Part shown: positions 61,500-64,000 of the stretch, piece after piece
Layout: each line of letters opens with the position of its first letter
How positions within the stretch are numbered: the first letter of the stretch is position 1
Source: Alphaproteobacteria bacterium
Lineage (GTDB): Bacteria; Pseudomonadota; Alphaproteobacteria; UBA828
Assembly: GCA_965221125.1 (NCBI GenBank)
Contig: CBDCRW010000004.1
Span: 608,001-672,000, forward strand
Length of the DNA stretch: 64,000 bases
Reading direction: 5' to 3'
Notes under the pieces: generated by a model
Told to the model about the DNA's origin: nothing
What the model saw: only the letters and a program-made list of their open reading frames with translations
The model's database searches: none
Position numbers and translations under genes: made by a program

Positions 61500-63953
61500 C
61501 TACTGGACGCGGCGGAGGAACTCGGGGATCTCCATCGGGTCCGGGTGGGCGGCGTGCCCGTTGACCGGACCGGTCGCTGCGATGCCGTCCGGACCACCCG
61601 TGACAGCCGGATCGGAATCGGCCTCTCCGGCATCGCCCGGATCGGCATCCGGATCGGGATCGGCCGCTTCGGCACTGCCGTTGCCGGCATGCGCCGTCGC
61701 GCCCTCCGACGGGTCCGGCTCGGGAGCGGCATCCGTCGCCTGGCCGTTGCCGGCCGGCGCCGTTTCATCCGGATCGGTCCCGGCGCCGGCGGCCGGTTCT
61801 ACGGGTTCCGGCTTGTCGACCGGCACCGTCCCGGCGTCATCCGCCGCAGCGTCCCCGGCGTCTCCGACCGTCCGCCCGGTGTCGAACGCCGCGAAGCCGG
61901 GCGGCGTCCAGGCGAGGGCGGCCGCGTGCATCGCGGCGCTCACGCCGATGGGTGGGTCGCCGGCGGCGAAGGCGGCTTCCATCGCTTCGGCCAGCGCGGG
62001 CTTCCTGTATTTGGACCGCGCCGACGCCCAGTTGAGGCCGAACACCGTGCGGGCGATGTCGAGGACCCGCGCCTTGGCGATCCGCGACCACAGCATCGCC
62101 GCCGTCGGGCGGACATGCCTGGCGAAGTCGATGTCGAGCCGGGCGACTGTGGCTTCGAGCTCGGGACGGGCCTGGGGCTCGAAGGAGAGCTGGCCCTTTA
62201 CCGTGCGCGCGACGCAGGCGGCGAACAGTGCCTCCTTCTCCGCCCGGGGCAAGGCCCTGAGCGCGGCGAAGGACTGGCCGCCGTCCCCGATGGTGAGCCA
62301 GTCGAGAGACAGATGCGAGCGGTCCTCCAGCATGGCCTCACCGGGCGACCAGTCGGCGAAGTCGTCGTCGTTCATGCGGATGTTGGGCCGGTCCGGGCTT
62401 TCCTTGACCGCAATGTCGAGGGCGTGGTCGTGATAACCCGGCGCGAACACGGCCCGGGCCATCTGGAACAGCGCGAGGTCGAAGGCGGCCTCGAAGTCGC
62501 CGGCGAGATGCGCCTTGATGAGCGCGGTGCGGATCGCGCGCAGATCGTCCGCGAGGCCGATGCCGACGCCAGCCTCCTTGCGCGCCTCGGATTCGGGATC
62601 CTTCGGCGGTGCCATCGGCCCCGAAACGGACGGATTGACGGACGGGCCGGCAATGCGATCGCCATGACCGGCGGTGTGGACGCCTTGCGCGGCGGCGTGC
62701 GCGTCGTGACCGTTGCCGGCCCGGGTCGCCGCACCGTCGGGCTGCGCCGGCTTCGGCATGTCCTCAGGTCTAACCAGTCCCTGGATGACCTGGAGAGAGG
62801 CGTCATTGCCGATGGTGACGATGCAGCCGGCAATCGCGATATCCTCGCGCCGGAACACCGCGCGCGCCTCGATGGCGCCCTCGATCTCGTCGAGACGTGC
62901 TACGACGGCTTCACCCTCGGCGACCAGTTCGTCGGTCCAGTCGTCCTCATCGAGATTGGCTAGCTCGTCGTGACGGGTCGCCAGCTTCTCCATCTCGGCC
63001 CGCTCCTCGTCGGTCGGCGTGCCGGGCTGCGGCTCGATGCGCCCGTAGCGGGCGGTGTGGTCCCACGCGACCTCGACCATGGGGACGGCCCACTTCCAGC
63101 GCGTCGCCAGCTCGTCGGCTGCGGCCTGGAGCTTGTCGGTCGCCAGCTTCTCCAGCAGCACCGGGTCCTCGAACCAGACGCCGTGCTCGTGTTCGTCGGC
63201 GAAAAGGTCGCGCATGACCTGACCGCCGGCGGTCTCATAGGCCTCGACCCCGACGAAACGGGCGATGACCGAGGCGCCCGGCACGCGCTCCTCGGTGAGC
63301 AGGCGCTTCACCTGCCAGGCGGACGGGCGGTAGGCCTGTCCGGAGACCTGCCCCCAGACCGCCATCTGGCGCTCGCGGTCGGCGGTGACGGCGAAGGCCT
63401 TCAGCACTTCGAGGTCGATCTCGTCGGCCCGGTAGGCGTCCAGCAGCTCCGGCGCGGCGTTGCCGAGGCGCAGGCGCTGCTCGACGATGCGCTCGGACGC
63501 GCCGAACCGCGCCGCGATGGCGGACACCGACTGGCCGGCGTCGGCCAGCTCCTTGAACGCGACCACCTGGTCGGCGGGGTGCATGGCGATGCGGATGACG
63601 TTCTCGGCGAGCGAGAGTTCGGAGGGATCGGCGTCGCCGGACCTGACCTGGCAGGGAACCGGATGGTCGGCGTCGAATACGCCGTCCTCGACCAACTCCT
63701 GCATGGCCTTCAGGCGGCGGCCTCCGGCGACCACGGCATAATGCTCGGCGCCATCCTCGTCGGGTTCATCCGGGCGGACGACAAGGTTCTCCAGCAGCCC
63801 GAGGGCGGCGATGGAAGCCTTGAGCGAAGCGTCGGCCTGAGCATCGGGCGGGGTCTTGCGGACGTTCTCGGGGGCGAGCGCGAGCCGGGAGAGCGGGATC
63901 TCCCGGATGAGCGGTTCGGCCCTGGGGGCGATGAAGTTCATTCCAGTCTCCAT
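61500..63953 (-). CDS. Large ParB/RepB/Spo0J-domain leading-region protein
   Basis: NVRK, GLLENLVV, VAGGRRL, SLAEN..R and HTH (IAARFG) motifs. Confidence 0.88.
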   Translation of the reverse strand: METGMNFIAPRAEPLIREIPLSRLALAPENVRKTPPDAQADASLKASIAALGLLENLVVRPDEPDEDGAEHYAVVAGGRRLKAMQELVEDGVFDADHPVPCQVRSGDADPSELSLAENVIRIAMHPADQVVAFKELADAGQSVSAIAARFGASERIVEQRLRLGNAAPELLDAYRADEIDLEVLKAFAVTADRERQMAVWGQVSGQAYRPSAWQVKRLLTEERVPGASVIARFVGVEAYETAGGQVMRDLFADEHEHGVWFEDPVLLEKLATDKLQAAADELATRWKWAVPMVEVAWDHTARYGRIEPQPGTPTDEERAEMEKLATRHDELANLDEDDWTDELVAEGEAVVARLDEIEGAIEARAVFRREDIAIAGCIVTIGNDASLQVIQGLVRPEDMPKPAQPDGAATRAGNGHDAHAAAQGVHTAGHGDRIAGPSVNPSVSGPMAPPKDPESEARKEAGVGIGLADDLRAIRTALIKAHLAGDFEAAFDLALFQMARAVFAPGYHDHALDIAVKESPDRPNIRMNDDDFADWSPGEAMLEDRSHLSLDWLTIGDGGQSFAALRALPRAEKEALFAACVARTVKGQLSFEPQARPELEATVARLDIDFARHVRPTAAMLWSRIAKARVLDIARTVFGLNWASARSKYRKPALAEAMEAAFAAGDPPIGVSAAMHAAALAWTPPGFAAFDTGRTVGDAGDAAADDAGTVPVDKPEPVEPAAGAGTDPDETAPAGNGQATDAAPEPDPSEGATAHAGNGSAEAADPDPDADPGDAGEADSDPAVTGGPDGIAATGPVNGHAAHPDPMEIPEFLRRVQ

Positions 63954-64000
63954 GGAGGGTGTTGTTTCGCACGTTATTTGACGCCGAATCTCCCAGATTA

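Noticed and set aside
1-64000. tRNA/rRNA genes or an element boundary (att site)
   Set aside because: None recognised. Both window ends lie inside the element, so plasmid vs ICE cannot be decided.

Overview
A GC-rich segment of an F-type/MOBF conjugative element (plasmid or ICE; an alphaproteobacterial host is inferred from the gene set only). Left to right: (1) the end of the transfer region, with a traG-like 3' end, a convergent candidate entry-exclusion gene, the traD coupling protein and the traI/TrwC relaxase-helicase. (2) A ~23.5 kb tandem array of three repeated cassettes. Each has an RHH gene, a promoter with a hairpin/U-tract leader, an ATG followed by an 8-bp simple-sequence repeat, a large Calx-beta/autotransporter-like adhesin and an FseA/DUF2285-like activator. 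A fourth RHH copy closes the array, and an IS256 and IS256 relics are inserted in it. Repeat numbers are 17, 5 and 13. Only the third adhesin is in frame with its SD-linked ATG, and the other two are each one unit from ON, which suggests a phase-variable adhesin repertoire on a conjugative element. (3) A candidate oriT/iteron region. (4) A leftward-pointing leading region (DUF2493/SLOG, toprim, NADAR, ssb, a second SLOG, HicAB, nuclease, strawberry-notch helicase-methylase, RadC, GHKL ATPase, ParB). It is interrupted by a three-integrase GInt-like element inserted in the ssb 3' end, which carries its own ssb and a RecD-like helicase, and by a RIT element that splits a conserved gene. All family assignments come from motif recognition by eye, with no database searches.
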